From contig CAVRWT010000020.1 of NCBI GenBank assembly GCA_963724825.1, positions 45,327-109,326 on the forward strand: 64,000 bases of DNA, read 5' to 3'. The translations under genes and the position numbers were made by a program. Numbering within the stretch: position 1 is the stretch's first letter; the number at the start of each line of letters is the position of its first letter. This DNA comes from an uncultured Acidobacteriota bacterium. GTDB lineage: Bacteria > Actinomycetota > Acidimicrobiia > Spongiisociales > ZC4RG35. The notes beneath the pieces were generated by a model. That model did no database searches and was not told where the DNA came from. It was given only the letters and a program-made list of their open reading frames with translations. This document shows positions 46,673 through 55,285 of the stretch, piece by piece.

Positions 46673-46966
46673 AGGTCAGCCCCGAAATGGCAACGCCCGA
46701 AGCTGAACTCGGGTCGGGGCGAGACGTTCCGGGTGGGCGCTCGCTGAAGGAGTTTTCGCACGTCGTTGTGGACGATGATCGTGGCTATCGTGATGCCCTC
46801 CCCGGCGACCGTGGTCGTCTTGGGCGCTCACGTACCGCCTCACGGAGGCTTCCTCAGACGTCGCTCCCACCGAGACGGCCTGATCGGGTGGTGCAAGGAG
46901 ACAGCTCAAGGCCAAGCGCCACCACGGACAATTGAAGGCGACTTGGAGACCGGAGCATCCCGAGCA

Positions 46967-48520
46967 CTAAGACCCCGGGATCTTCACCAGTAGTAGTTGG
47001 CCGTTCTCCCTTTTGATCAGCACTCCGTTGACCGTGTTCTGCATCTGGTTCGATCCATGAGCCTGAACATCGACCACCCACCATCCCGAGCCGAAGAACC
47101 CCGAGGCGTCCACGATCCCGCTCGACTCGCCAACCGGGTCGGCCACCGCGGCGACCACTCTCCAGTCCTCGCTTCCGAAGCGGTACTGCCAGATCTTGGC
47201 GTTGCCGATGTCCTCTTGGACCATCAGGCTCTTCTTGCTGGTGTCGAGATTGTCGGGAGCGCGGAAAGGAACGAAGGCATCGCCCGCCGGATTGTCTCCT
47301 TGCGCCAGGACCGAGAACGCCTTGACCCGAAGCGGGTTGCGCGAGTCGAACACGAATCTGAAGATCCGCCCGTTGTCGGCTTGCCCCACGGTCCCCGACG
47401 GTCCGCGAACCATCCGACCGGTGGCTGGGTTGGGCACGACTCTGGTCGAGCCGGTGTCGGCAATGTAGACGATCGTCGGGTGTTTCTTGTCGGTTGCGAT
47501 GTCCTCGAGACGGATGAACTGGAACACGTTGTTGGCGTTGGACCATTCCTCGAGGGCGGCTTGGGGAGCGACGCCTGTGGTCCCTTTCGCTATCTCTTCG
47601 GGGACCTCGATGAACTCACCCTTCCAGGTCATTCCGGGCTGGATGTCGAGGTAGTCGTTGGCTCCGTTGAAGGCATCGGTCGGATTCACCGGTCCGGTCT
47701 GTGTCGAGGTCACTCGGAAGGCGTAGAGCTTGCCTTCGTCGGCCAGGACTGCATCGCCGCTCCTCGCCCGGTACAGATAGAGCTGGGAGGTCGGTGGCAA
47801 GAAGGTGTCGTCGGTCGTCAACATCGCCACCCCCCGCCAGTGGCCGTTGACGGCCACGGTGTTCTCGTGGTTGAGCCGGCCCATGCCGGGGATGTGTGTC
47901 GATTCGCCGGTACGTGTGTCGTAGGCGACGACATAGCCGGCCTGACGATTGGGGTCGAGCGACGGGTCGGGCCCAAAGTCGGCACCTGCCGGGACCGGAA
48001 GGATGTCGTTGGACTCCTCGCCAGTGAAGAAGGTGGGGTGTCTGAACCCGTCATTCGTGGTCGCCATGAACGCCGAGCAGAACCGGATGAAACCCTGTTC
48101 CGGCCCGAGGACCGTTTCGGCCTTCTGCACCGCGCCGAGGTTCGAGGACGAGGTGGAGAGCGTCAGCTTCGAGATCGACGAGTCCTGATGGTCCGCCGCG
48201 CCGCTGAAAGGAACAGTGCTTTGCTCATGCCCGACGTAGACGTCGACCGTCTTCCGGTCACGACCCTGGGTGAGCCCGATGCCATCGGGAAGGCCTTCGA
48301 AAACGAATGACCCCAGCGCCTCACCACTATTGATGATCGGGATGACGCGCCCGTTCGAGATAGATGGGTCGAGCACGATCAAAGGGGGGGCCGAGGTGAG
48401 GTATCCACCACCCCCCGATGCAACGGCGGCCGTTGGGAACATGACGGCGACCAGGGCGAGGGTGGAAAGAAGTGCGACCGTTCGAGATATGCGGGTTCGC
48501 GGCTCAACGAGACTGGACAT
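46967..48520 (-). CDS. secreted PhoX/DUF839-like beta-propeller protein
   Basis: Signal peptide MSSLVEPRTRISRTVALLSTLALVAVMFPTAAVAS, then GMGRLNHEN and IADTG motifs reminiscent of PhoX-type phosphatases. ATG at 48520. Confidence 0.65.
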   Translation of the reverse strand: MSSLVEPRTRISRTVALLSTLALVAVMFPTAAVASGGGGYLTSAPPLIVLDPSISNGRVIPIINSGEALGSFVFEGLPDGIGLTQGRDRKTVDVYVGHEQSTVPFSGAADHQDSSISKLTLSTSSSNLGAVQKAETVLGPEQGFIRFCSAFMATTNDGFRHPTFFTGEESNDILPVPAGADFGPDPSLDPNRQAGYVVAYDTRTGESTHIPGMGRLNHENTVAVNGHWRGVAMLTTDDTFLPPTSQLYLYRARSGDAVLADEGKLYAFRVTSTQTGPVNPTDAFNGANDYLDIQPGMTWKGEFIEVPEEIAKGTTGVAPQAALEEWSNANNVFQFIRLEDIATDKKHPTIVYIADTGSTRVVPNPATGRMVRGPSGTVGQADNGRIFRFVFDSRNPLRVKAFSVLAQGDNPAGDAFVPFRAPDNLDTSKKSLMVQEDIGNAKIWQYRFGSEDWRVVAAVADPVGESSGIVDASGFFGSGWWVVDVQAHGSNQMQNTVNGVLIKRENGQLLLVKIPGS

Positions 48521-48688
48521 GTGGCTCCTCGGGATGCGGTCCACGGAGCATACGCCATGACCACGGTCCGCGTCCGAGGCGCGCGACAACAGATAGCGGT
48601 GGTGGCAAGATCGAGGGATCGGGGTGGGTCACCGAGATTCTTCGTCGACTGCGCCAAGTTGCTCGAGGAGAACTACGACCCGAATTGT

Positions 48689-48726
48689 GGTTCAAGTCCA
48701 GTAGGGCCCACAAGTGAGAAACCCCC
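48689..48726 (+). repeat. direct repeat of the tRNA-Val(GAC) 3' end plus flank (attR-like)
   Basis: GGTTCAAGTCCAGTAGGGCCCACAAgTGAGAAACCCCC versus 45549-45586, with 1 mismatch. Confidence 0.85.
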
Positions 48727-48749
48727 CGGAAAAAGGGGGGTTTCTTTTG
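48718..48749 (+). terminator. rho-independent terminator-like hairpin
   Basis: GAAACCCCCC-ggaaaaa-GGGGGGTTTC followed by TTTTGT. Probably the original tRNA-Val terminator, displaced by the islet. Confidence 0.7.
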
Positions 48750-48826
48750 TGATGAACGTGGCTTCGTGTGATCTCAGTTGTGCCATTATTGGTGTCGTTG
48801 GACGGAAGTATTTAGGAGAGATTCGC

Positions 48827-49222
48827 ATGGCCATGTCCCAAGAACACAAGGATGCCCTTGCCCGCGGACGCAAGGAGTCGAGGGCTATCAAGGCATATCT
48901 GAAAACCATTGAGTCCCGCAAACCGGGCAGACCCGTAACCAAGGACAGCCTCAATTCAAGGCTCGCCACGGTCAACAACAAGCTCGAGACAACAGATGAT
49001 CCCTTGAAGCGGTTGGATCTCCTCCAGTCGAGGCTGGATATAGAGGAAGCGTTGGAGTCGGTGGAGGAAGTAGCGAATCTCGACGAGATTGAGGGTGATT
49101 TCGTGGCAAACGCCTCGGCATACTCGCAGCGAAAGGGGATCAGCTACACGGCGTGGCGCCGATTCGGAGTACCGGCTGTGGTCCTGAAGAAGGCCGGGAT
49201 TCCCGAAACCAGGCGCCGCTAG
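48827..49222 (+). CDS. conserved hypothetical protein (charged, helical)
   Basis: ATG at 48827 preceded by AGGAG. 131 aa. The C-terminal GISYTAWRRFGVPAVVLKKAGI segment resembles an actinobacterial family I cannot name. Confidence 0.55.
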   Translation: MAMSQEHKDALARGRKESRAIKAYLKTIESRKPGRPVTKDSLNSRLATVNNKLETTDDPLKRLDLLQSRLDIEEALESVEEVANLDEIEGDFVANASAYSQRKGISYTAWRRFGVPAVVLKKAGIPETRRR

Positions 49223-49572
49223 TCCCAGCCCAAATCGGCGAGTCGTTGGTCGTCGATTCCGATGTGATGGGCGATTTCGTGGAGGACGGTTCTGCGGATT
49301 TCGGCCTCGAGCTCTTCGTCATCGAGCCCCATTTCGAGGTGGGGAGCACGAAAGATGATGATCCGGTCGGGCAGAGCGCCGGAGTAATCGGCGGCCCGTT
49401 CGGGCAGGGAAACTCCTTCGTAAAGCCCGAGAACGTCGCCTTGGTCGTCATCGGGCCTGTCCTCGACGACGACATGGAGATTGTCGATCTGCTCCACCAC
49501 CCACGGGGGCAGGCTTTCCAGAGTCTGGTCGACGACATCCTCGAATTGGCGACGGTTCACCTCGGGATTCAA
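49219..49572 (-). CDS. zincin-like metallopeptidase family protein (DUF1025-like)
   Basis: HEIAHHIG (HExxH) near the C-terminus and an acidic N-terminus. 117 aa. Confidence 0.7.
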   Translation of the reverse strand: MNPEVNRRQFEDVVDQTLESLPPWVVEQIDNLHVVVEDRPDDDQGDVLGLYEGVSLPERAADYSGALPDRIIIFRAPHLEMGLDDEELEAEIRRTVLHEIAHHIGIDDQRLADLGWD

Positions 49573-49623
49573 TCACGGAGTCGCAGGATCGGAAGCGACC
49601 GGTATCCTGACCGCTCCCCATAC

Positions 49624-49698
49624 GGGCGATTAGCTCAGTCCGGCTAGAGCGCTCGCCTCACACGCGAGAGGTCACTGGTTCAAGTCCAGTATCGCCCA
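49624..49698 (+). tRNA. tRNA-Val (anticodon CAC)
   Basis: Acceptor GGGCGAT/ATCGCCC, anticodon stem-loop CTCGC-CTCACAC-GCGAG, T-arm identical to tRNA-Val(GAC). 75 nt. Confidence 0.95.
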
Positions 49699-49717
49699 CC
49701 ATCGGAGGTGATCGCCT

Positions 49718-50225
49718 TCACCCGATCCATTCCTGCCAGCGGAGCGGCAAGGGCTTGTCGAGCGATCGCAGGTAGACGCTCACCTTGCCATAGAAGATCA
49801 ACAGCGCCTCGCGGTAGACGTCCAACTGCACGGCGGGTAGCGGGTTGAAGGCATCGATCTCGAAGTCATCGCGGACGATCCGACGGTTGGCAATGTCGTC
49901 GTCCGAGAGGGCGGCGATCGCCTCGTCCAGGTCTCGGTCGAGTGCGAGGTACCACGCAGTCAACGCCTCGACGCTGGTTTCGACGGTCGGATCAGGGTGG
50001 CGGTAGGAGAAGTCCTGGCGAAATGTCTTTAGCGACTCGATGTAGGAATGCTCGATCTCTCCGATCTCACGGCAGAGAGCACCAAGAGTCGCCGTCGTTC
50101 CGCCCAGCTGGGCTCTGAGGTCATCGTCGGTGAGGATCTCGGTGAGGATCGTCCTCAGTGACTGGTACTCCTCGAAGTAGGTCGCAGGAAGGTGTTCACG
50201 GACCAGCGAGTTCACAGTGCGACCG
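49718..50225 (-). CDS. DinB-like helical-bundle family protein (weak call)
   Basis: Four-helix pattern with a C-terminal LIFYGKVSVYLRSLDKPLP resembling DinB_2 proteins. Start uncertain (GTG at 50225 suggested). Confidence 0.4.
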
Positions 50226-50243
50226 ACGCTAGTTGGAGTGGTC

Positions 50244-50630
50244 TCAACCAGCCTCGGGCTCTCGACCCATAGCGATCGAGCCAACCAGAACGGCTGCTCC
50301 CAGGACAGCCCCAACAACAGCCAGCCAGCTCGGTAGGCCGAATAGGAACCATCCGAGCCAGCCGATCAGGTAGATCGACAGCGCCTCCACCCATTGCATG
50401 ACGGCGGTCAGATTCTCATTGCCTGCGGCTCTGCTCGGCAGATAGACCAGAGCCGAAAAGGCGCCCACAACCATCAAGAGCAAAGCCAGGCCGATGAGGA
50501 AGATGTTGACCACATCGGGCTCCGAACTGCGGGCATCGGCGGTCCCAAAAGCGAGGACTGTCATGGCGACGACGAGAATCAGTGCGGAAATCACTGGATG
50601 CGTTCGAAGCAATGCACCGACTGAGTTCAT
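50244..50630 (-). CDS. hypothetical integral membrane protein
   Basis: 128 aa with 4 hydrophobic helices. Confidence 0.55.
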   Translation of the reverse strand: MNSVGALLRTHPVISALILVVAMTVLAFGTADARSSEPDVVNIFLIGLALLLMVVGAFSALVYLPSRAAGNENLTAVMQWVEALSIYLIGWLGWFLFGLPSWLAVVGAVLGAAVLVGSIAMGREPEAG

Positions 50631-50649
50631 CGATCCATTGTTCCAGGCA

Positions 50650-51967
50650 TCAGGTCACCGTGACCGACACGTCGCGGAAGTCCTCGTACATGCCGGTTTC
50701 GACGATGTGCTTCAGACGGATCATCGCTGTATGTACATCGACGAACCTGGTGTAGAGAGGGGAGAGCCCGAAACGGAGGGTGTCCGGAGCCCGGAAGTCG
50801 GGGATGACGGCGGCACCATCGATCAGCGCCCTGGTGATCGGCCACGCTTCGGGATGGGAAAGGGCGACATGGGAACCACGCCGGTCACGGATCAGTTGGC
50901 GAGGCGAGAGTGAACCCCAGTGGCTCGAGATGGGTTTCCCAGAGTGAGATCAGAAACTCGGTTAGTGCCGCCGACTTCGACCTGATCCGATCCATCCCCG
51001 CCTCGGCCACGTCCCGGACTCCGGCCTCGATCGCAGTCAGCGACAGGATCGGCATGGTGCCGGTGTGAAATCGTCGAATTCCCTCGACCGGGTCGAAGTC
51101 GAGATCCATCGCAAACGGGTCGGAATGTGCCCACCAAGCGGTGATCGGGTTCTCGAGGACGTTCTGAAGGTCCGACCGCACATAGAGAAAGGCCGGCGCT
51201 CCCGGCCCACCGTTGAGGTACTTGTAGGTGCACCCGACTGCCAGGTCTGCACCGATCGCCCCGAGGTCGATGGGAACCGCGCCGACCGAATGGCTCAAGT
51301 CCCAGAGCATCAACGCCCCTGCGTCGTGGGCGAGCGCGGTCATCGCAGCCAAGTCGTAGGTGTATCCCGACTTGAACGATGTGGAGGAAAGGGAGACCAG
51401 CGCCGTGTCATCGTCGATGGCGTTGGCGAGACCATCGACCGGACCGTTGATCCCGTCGGACTCGACGACAACCAGGCGGTACTCATCGCCCAACAATCTG
51501 GCTATCCCGGAGAGGACATAGACGTCGCTGGGGAAGTTGAGATCGTCGGTGACGATGGTGTGTCTGCCGGGTCGAGCCCGGAGCGCCGCCGCGGCCAGTT
51601 TGAACATATTCACAGAGGTCGAGTCGGAGACGATCACCTCCCCGGCCGCGGCTCCGATCAGCGGGGCGATGAGATCTCCCAGCCTCAGCTGGAGGTCCCA
51701 CCAACCCTCGTTCCACGATCTGATTAGGCGGTCCCCCCACTCGGCCTCGACCGCGACGTCAATGGTTCCCCTGGCGGTCAAGGGCATCCGGCCCAGCGAG
51801 TTGCCATCGAGATAGATCAGGTCGGGCTCGGTGAAGACGAATCGATAGCGAAATTCGGCCAAGGAGTCTGCAGCGTCAGCTGCGAGAGCCTCCTCATATC
51901 CCATCTCGGACGGATAGGGGCCCAACTCCTCGAGTGTCCTCATCGGCGTCCTCCCGGTGCCGGCCAA
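50650..51967 (-). pseudogene. kynU: kynureninase with a 1-nt frameshift near the C-terminal domain
   Basis: ORF 50885..51967 carries the PLP-fold motifs (DGNSLG, CTYKYLNGGPGAP) and stops at ...LASPTDP*. The +1 frame continues DRRGSHVALSHPEAWPITRALIDGAAVIPDFRAPDTLRFGLSPLYTRFVDVH...VTVT* to 50650. Confidence 0.8.
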
Positions 51968-52005
51968 CGTCGGGCTGCGGCGGGATTCGAGCGTACCCTG
52001 GCTCG

Positions 52006-52936
52006 ATGCCCCCCGAAGTGACCCGAGACGACATCATCGCGGCCGCCGGGCGCATTGCTGGCCATGTTCGGCGGACGCCTGTCATCGAGTTGGGTCACGT
52101 GGATGGCGCCGACTTCTCACTGAGTCTCAAACTCGAGTCGTTGCAACGCACCGGCTCCTTCAAGCTCCGCGGAGCCTTTTCCGCCCTGACCGCCGCCGAC
52201 ATCCCGGAGTCAGGCGTGGTCGCGGCGTCGGGCGGGAACTTCGGCCTGGCTGTGGCGTGTGCCGCAGGCGACCTCGGGCACCCGGCGACGATCTTCGTGC
52301 CCGAGACGTCGCCTCCGGAGAAGATCGGGAGGATCGCGGCATACGGCGCCGATGTGCGCCAGGTCGAGGGTTTCTATCCCGAGGCCCTGGAGGCCGCCCA
52401 AGCGTGGGCTGCGGAGACCGGTGCCTTCCAGGCACACGCCTATGACCAGGCTGAAGTCGTCGCTGGGCAGGGGACTTGCGGGCGGGAGATCATCGAGGAC
52501 CTTCCCAATGCCGACACCGTGATAGTGGCGGTGGGCGGCGGCGGGCTCATCGCCGGCGTTGCGAGCTGGATTCGGGAGGACGCCCGGGTGGTGGCGGTAG
52601 AGCCCGAGCTTTGCCCGAGCCTCTACGAGGCACGCCGCGCCGGACAAGCCGGTCGAGGTGGGCATCGGTGGGATCGCGGCGTCCTCGTTGGGCACGTACC
52701 GGATCGGTGATCACTGTTGGGGCGCCAACCGATGGATCGACGACTCGGTCTTGGTCAGCGACCCCCAGATCGTCGAGGCCCAGAGATGGCTCTGGGAAAC
52801 GTGCCGGATGGTGGCCGAGCCCGGCGCTGCGGCCACGATTGCTGCCCTCAGATCCGGCACCTATCGCCCGGCTGGGGGCGAGCATGTGATCGCCATCATC
52901 TCCGGAGCCAACACCAGCCCGGCAACGGTCGGCTGA
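52006..52936 (+). pseudogene. PLP-dependent serine/threonine dehydratase-like enzyme with a 1-nt frameshift
   Basis: The N-terminal part (SFKLRGA PLP lysine, GGGGLIAG) reads to ...YEARRAG. The continuation KPVEVGIGGIAASSLG...SGANTS is in the +1 frame (ORF 52658..52936). The junction is at about 52641-52650. Confidence 0.75.
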
Positions 52937-53353
52937 TCAGGGGCGGGGGATTGCCTCCATCAGGCCGAAGACCTCTCCGCCGGGGCCCTCCACTTCGACC
53001 CAGCGGCCGACTCCCGGGAGCTCGATGATGTCGGTCAACAGCATCCCGCCGCTGATCTCGACCGCCTGGATGGCGGCATCGAGGTCCTCGACGTCGCAGG
53101 TGGTCATGGTCTTGGGGCCGTCCTCGCCCGCCCTCGCCACCGCACCGTTGATCCCCGGCCCGTCGCCGGTGTCGAGCAGCCAGTACTCCTGATCGCCCCA
53201 CTGCTGGGCTTGCCATCCGAAGGCCTTGATCAGAAAGTCGACGGTCGCCTGCGGATCGGCCGAATAGAACTCGAAATGTGTGGGGCGGACCGGCACCGGT
53301 GTTTCTCCTCCTGATTTATACGTAGAACGTAGAACGAAGCAGCCAGAACGCAA
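52937..53353 (-). CDS. VOC (glyoxalase/bleomycin-resistance) family protein
   Basis: HFEFYSADPQATVDFLIKAFGW...GGMLLTDIIELPGVGRWVEVEGPGGEVFGL pattern. Start uncertain. Confidence 0.65.
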   Translation of the reverse strand: MRSGCFVLRSTYKSGGETPVPVRPTHFEFYSADPQATVDFLIKAFGWQAQQWGDQEYWLLDTGDGPGINGAVARAGEDGPKTMTTCDVEDLDAAIQAVEISGGMLLTDIIELPGVGRWVEVEGPGGEVFGLMEAIPRP

Positions 53354-53357
53354 CCGA

Positions 53358-54335
53358 TTAGACGGAGACGGCCTTACGCACTCGCACTTTCTTCCCGAGG
53401 TGGTGGTCGAGCAACTCCCACACTTCGGGCCGGGCCAGGGTGCGTTTCATCGAGATCAGGGTGCGGGTGAAGGTGGCCACCGCCCGGGAGGCATCCATCG
53501 GGTTGGGGCGCAAAGCGTTCTGAACCGACGGAGCGGGGCTGAGGACAACCACGTCGCACTTGGGCCAGGCCTCTTTGATCAAGCGGGTCTCCACCGCCAG
53601 TGATCGTTGCCCGGCGCGGTCGAACATCTTCTCGTGGAATCGAGCCCGCTTCCTCTGGACGTCGGCAATGAGCGGAGCGAGCACGAGAACCAGGTCGAGG
53701 GGGCGCTTGGAACCGAGGACCAGGTCGGCGTGGGTGCCCGAGCTCACGCCACCGTCCACGTACAGCCGCCCGTCGATCTCGTAAGGGCGGAACAAGACGG
53801 GAATGGCGGAGGAGGCGGCCACGGCGTCGGCCATGCCCACTTCTGGCGCTGTGGCGGTGCCGAACGCGACCCGGGTGCGGCTCCTGACGTCGTAGGAGAC
53901 GATCGCCGTTGGCTTGTCCGGCCACCCGGCAGCCTTTTCCTCTCCGATGTGGGTCACCACCCAGCGGGCGAGGCCCTCAGCGTGATATGCGGCGGGGGAG
54001 GCCATGAAGAAGGTCAGTCCCGGGTTCTTGATGCCGGGCACGATCCCGTGACGAACCCATTTCCCAACCTGAACCCCGGGATCCCGGTTGTAGACATGAC
54101 TCCGGATGCGTCCCGCCACCGCATCGCGATCGTCATCGGGAAGGACCAGGGAGTCGAGCCCTAGAGCGTCGTTCCGGAGCAGGGCGGTGACGAACGAACC
54201 TCCCGAGGTGCCGACGACGACATCAGCGCTGTTCGGCTCCCAACCGGTGGCGAGACGGATCGTCATCAGCGCAGCCATCTCATAGGCGGCGCCAGTGATT
54301 CCTCCCCCTCCGAGGACCAGTCCTACCCTGTTCAC
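53358..54335 (-). CDS. patatin-like phospholipase
   Basis: GGGGITG oxyanion motif, GTSGG nucleophile elbow, and DGG catalytic Asp. Confidence 0.85.
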   Translation of the reverse strand: MNRVGLVLGGGGITGAAYEMAALMTIRLATGWEPNSADVVVGTSGGSFVTALLRNDALGLDSLVLPDDDRDAVAGRIRSHVYNRDPGVQVGKWVRHGIVPGIKNPGLTFFMASPAAYHAEGLARWVVTHIGEEKAAGWPDKPTAIVSYDVRSRTRVAFGTATAPEVGMADAVAASSAIPVLFRPYEIDGRLYVDGGVSSGTHADLVLGSKRPLDLVLVLAPLIADVQRKRARFHEKMFDRAGQRSLAVETRLIKEAWPKCDVVVLSPAPSVQNALRPNPMDASRAVATFTRTLISMKRTLARPEVWELLDHHLGKKVRVRKAVSV

Positions 54336-54382
54336 CGGATCACCATAGGACGTTCATCGTCCGTTTCAGTAGCGTTCCTTGA

Positions 54383-55285
54383 ATGACGCTGCGCCGGGTC
54401 GACACCGGGCCCGAGCTCATCGAAGCCGTATCGCTCGCCTCCCAATGGTCCGAATCCCTGCATCAACCATCGTTGAGCGGAGCAACCCGGCTCCAACTCG
54501 GTGAAGGCCGTGGAAGCGGATTCGTCTCGGACCAGCCTTCCGGATTCGCCACCCTCACCGCTTCGAAGCAGCCCGAGATAGCGATGGTCGAGATCGCCGT
54601 GCCGCACTCGGTTTCGGCTTCGGATTTCTGGGATCTGGTCGAACCGGTCGTGTTCTCGGCGGCAGGGGAGAGAGGGTTTCTGGCTCTGGAACTGCTGACC
54701 TGGGATGGGGAGCTTCAGAGTCGATTGCGGGAGCGGGGATGGACCGCGGTGAGATCGATCAAGCGAGGTTCTCGCGTCGAGAGTGCCCCCCTCCCCGCCT
54801 CCGGCGGTACTCCCCCCAACGTCGCTCCGCTCCTGGGGGGAGAAACATCGACGGTCGCTCCGCTCCTGGGGGGAGAAACCGACATCGACCAGTTGATCGA
54901 GGTCAACAACCTTGCCTTTGCCGACCATCCGGATGCCGGTGCCTGGGATCGCGCCGAGTTGGAGCAACTGTTCTCCGAGCCCTGGTTCGACCCGAAGGGG
55001 CTCCTCGTCGGCCGGATGGGTGAGACGATCATCGGGTTCTGCTGGACCAAGGTCCATCCCGACGGCGTGGGGGAGATCTACCTGCTTGCGGTGCGACCCG
55101 GGCACACCGGGCGCGGCTTGGGGCGGGAATTGGCCAGCGCCGGCGTCGACTACTTGAAGGGCGAACGCGCCTGCCAGGAGGTCATCATCTACTGGGATGC
55201 CTCCAATGACACGGCCAGCAACCTGTACCAATCGATCGGATTCAGCGTCGACCGTTTGGCTGAGGTCTTCCAGCACCGTTTGTGA
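54383..55285 (+). CDS. mshD: mycothiol synthase-like tandem GNAT acetyltransferase carrying an in-frame repeat insertion
   Basis: The C-terminal GNAT domain (VNNLAFADHP...PWFDPKGLL...GFCWTKVH...GEIYLLAVRPGHTGRGLG) is typical of MshD. The interdomain segment APLPASGGTPPNVAPLLGGETSTVAPLLGGET is encoded by the repeat. Confidence 0.7.
   Translation: MTLRRVDTGPELIEAVSLASQWSESLHQPSLSGATRLQLGEGRGSGFVSDQPSGFATLTASKQPEIAMVEIAVPHSVSASDFWDLVEPVVFSAAGERGFLALELLTWDGELQSRLRERGWTAVRSIKRGSRVESAPLPASGGTPPNVAPLLGGETSTVAPLLGGETDIDQLIEVNNLAFADHPDAGAWDRAELEQLFSEPWFDPKGLLVGRMGETIIGFCWTKVHPDGVGEIYLLAVRPGHTGRGLGRELASAGVDYLKGERACQEVIIYWDASNDTASNLYQSIGFSVDRLAEVFQHRL
54785..54879 (-). repeat. GC-rich double-hairpin repeat: one full copy plus a 33-nt-offset partial tandem copy, inside mshD
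   Basis: The reverse complement of 54785-54845 aligns with the 34399-34457 unit. 54854-54879 repeats 54821-54846 exactly. Confidence 0.8.

Larger units (their letters stand above)
45571..48726 (+). mobile_element. degenerate integrated islet(s) at the 3' end of tRNA-Val(GAC), bounded by direct repeats, no integrase
   Basis: The tRNA 3' end plus downstream sequence (45549-45586) is repeated at 48689-48726 (37/38). A longer copy (vs 45529-45586, 54/58) lies at 46615-46672. The interior is visibly lower in GC and carries accessory genes. Confidence 0.55.

Noticed and set aside
46339-46935. Small ORFs (73-82 aa) in the islet's non-coding stretch as possible integrase remnants
   Set aside because: I could recognise no recombinase motifs (no R..HxxR..Y-type pattern) in any frame. 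The composition is not protein-like.
48385-48425. G7 ... C6 potential hairpin
   Set aside because: It lies inside the coding sequence just after the signal peptide of the PhoX-like protein (SGGGGYLTSAPP) and has no similarity to the dispersed repeat.
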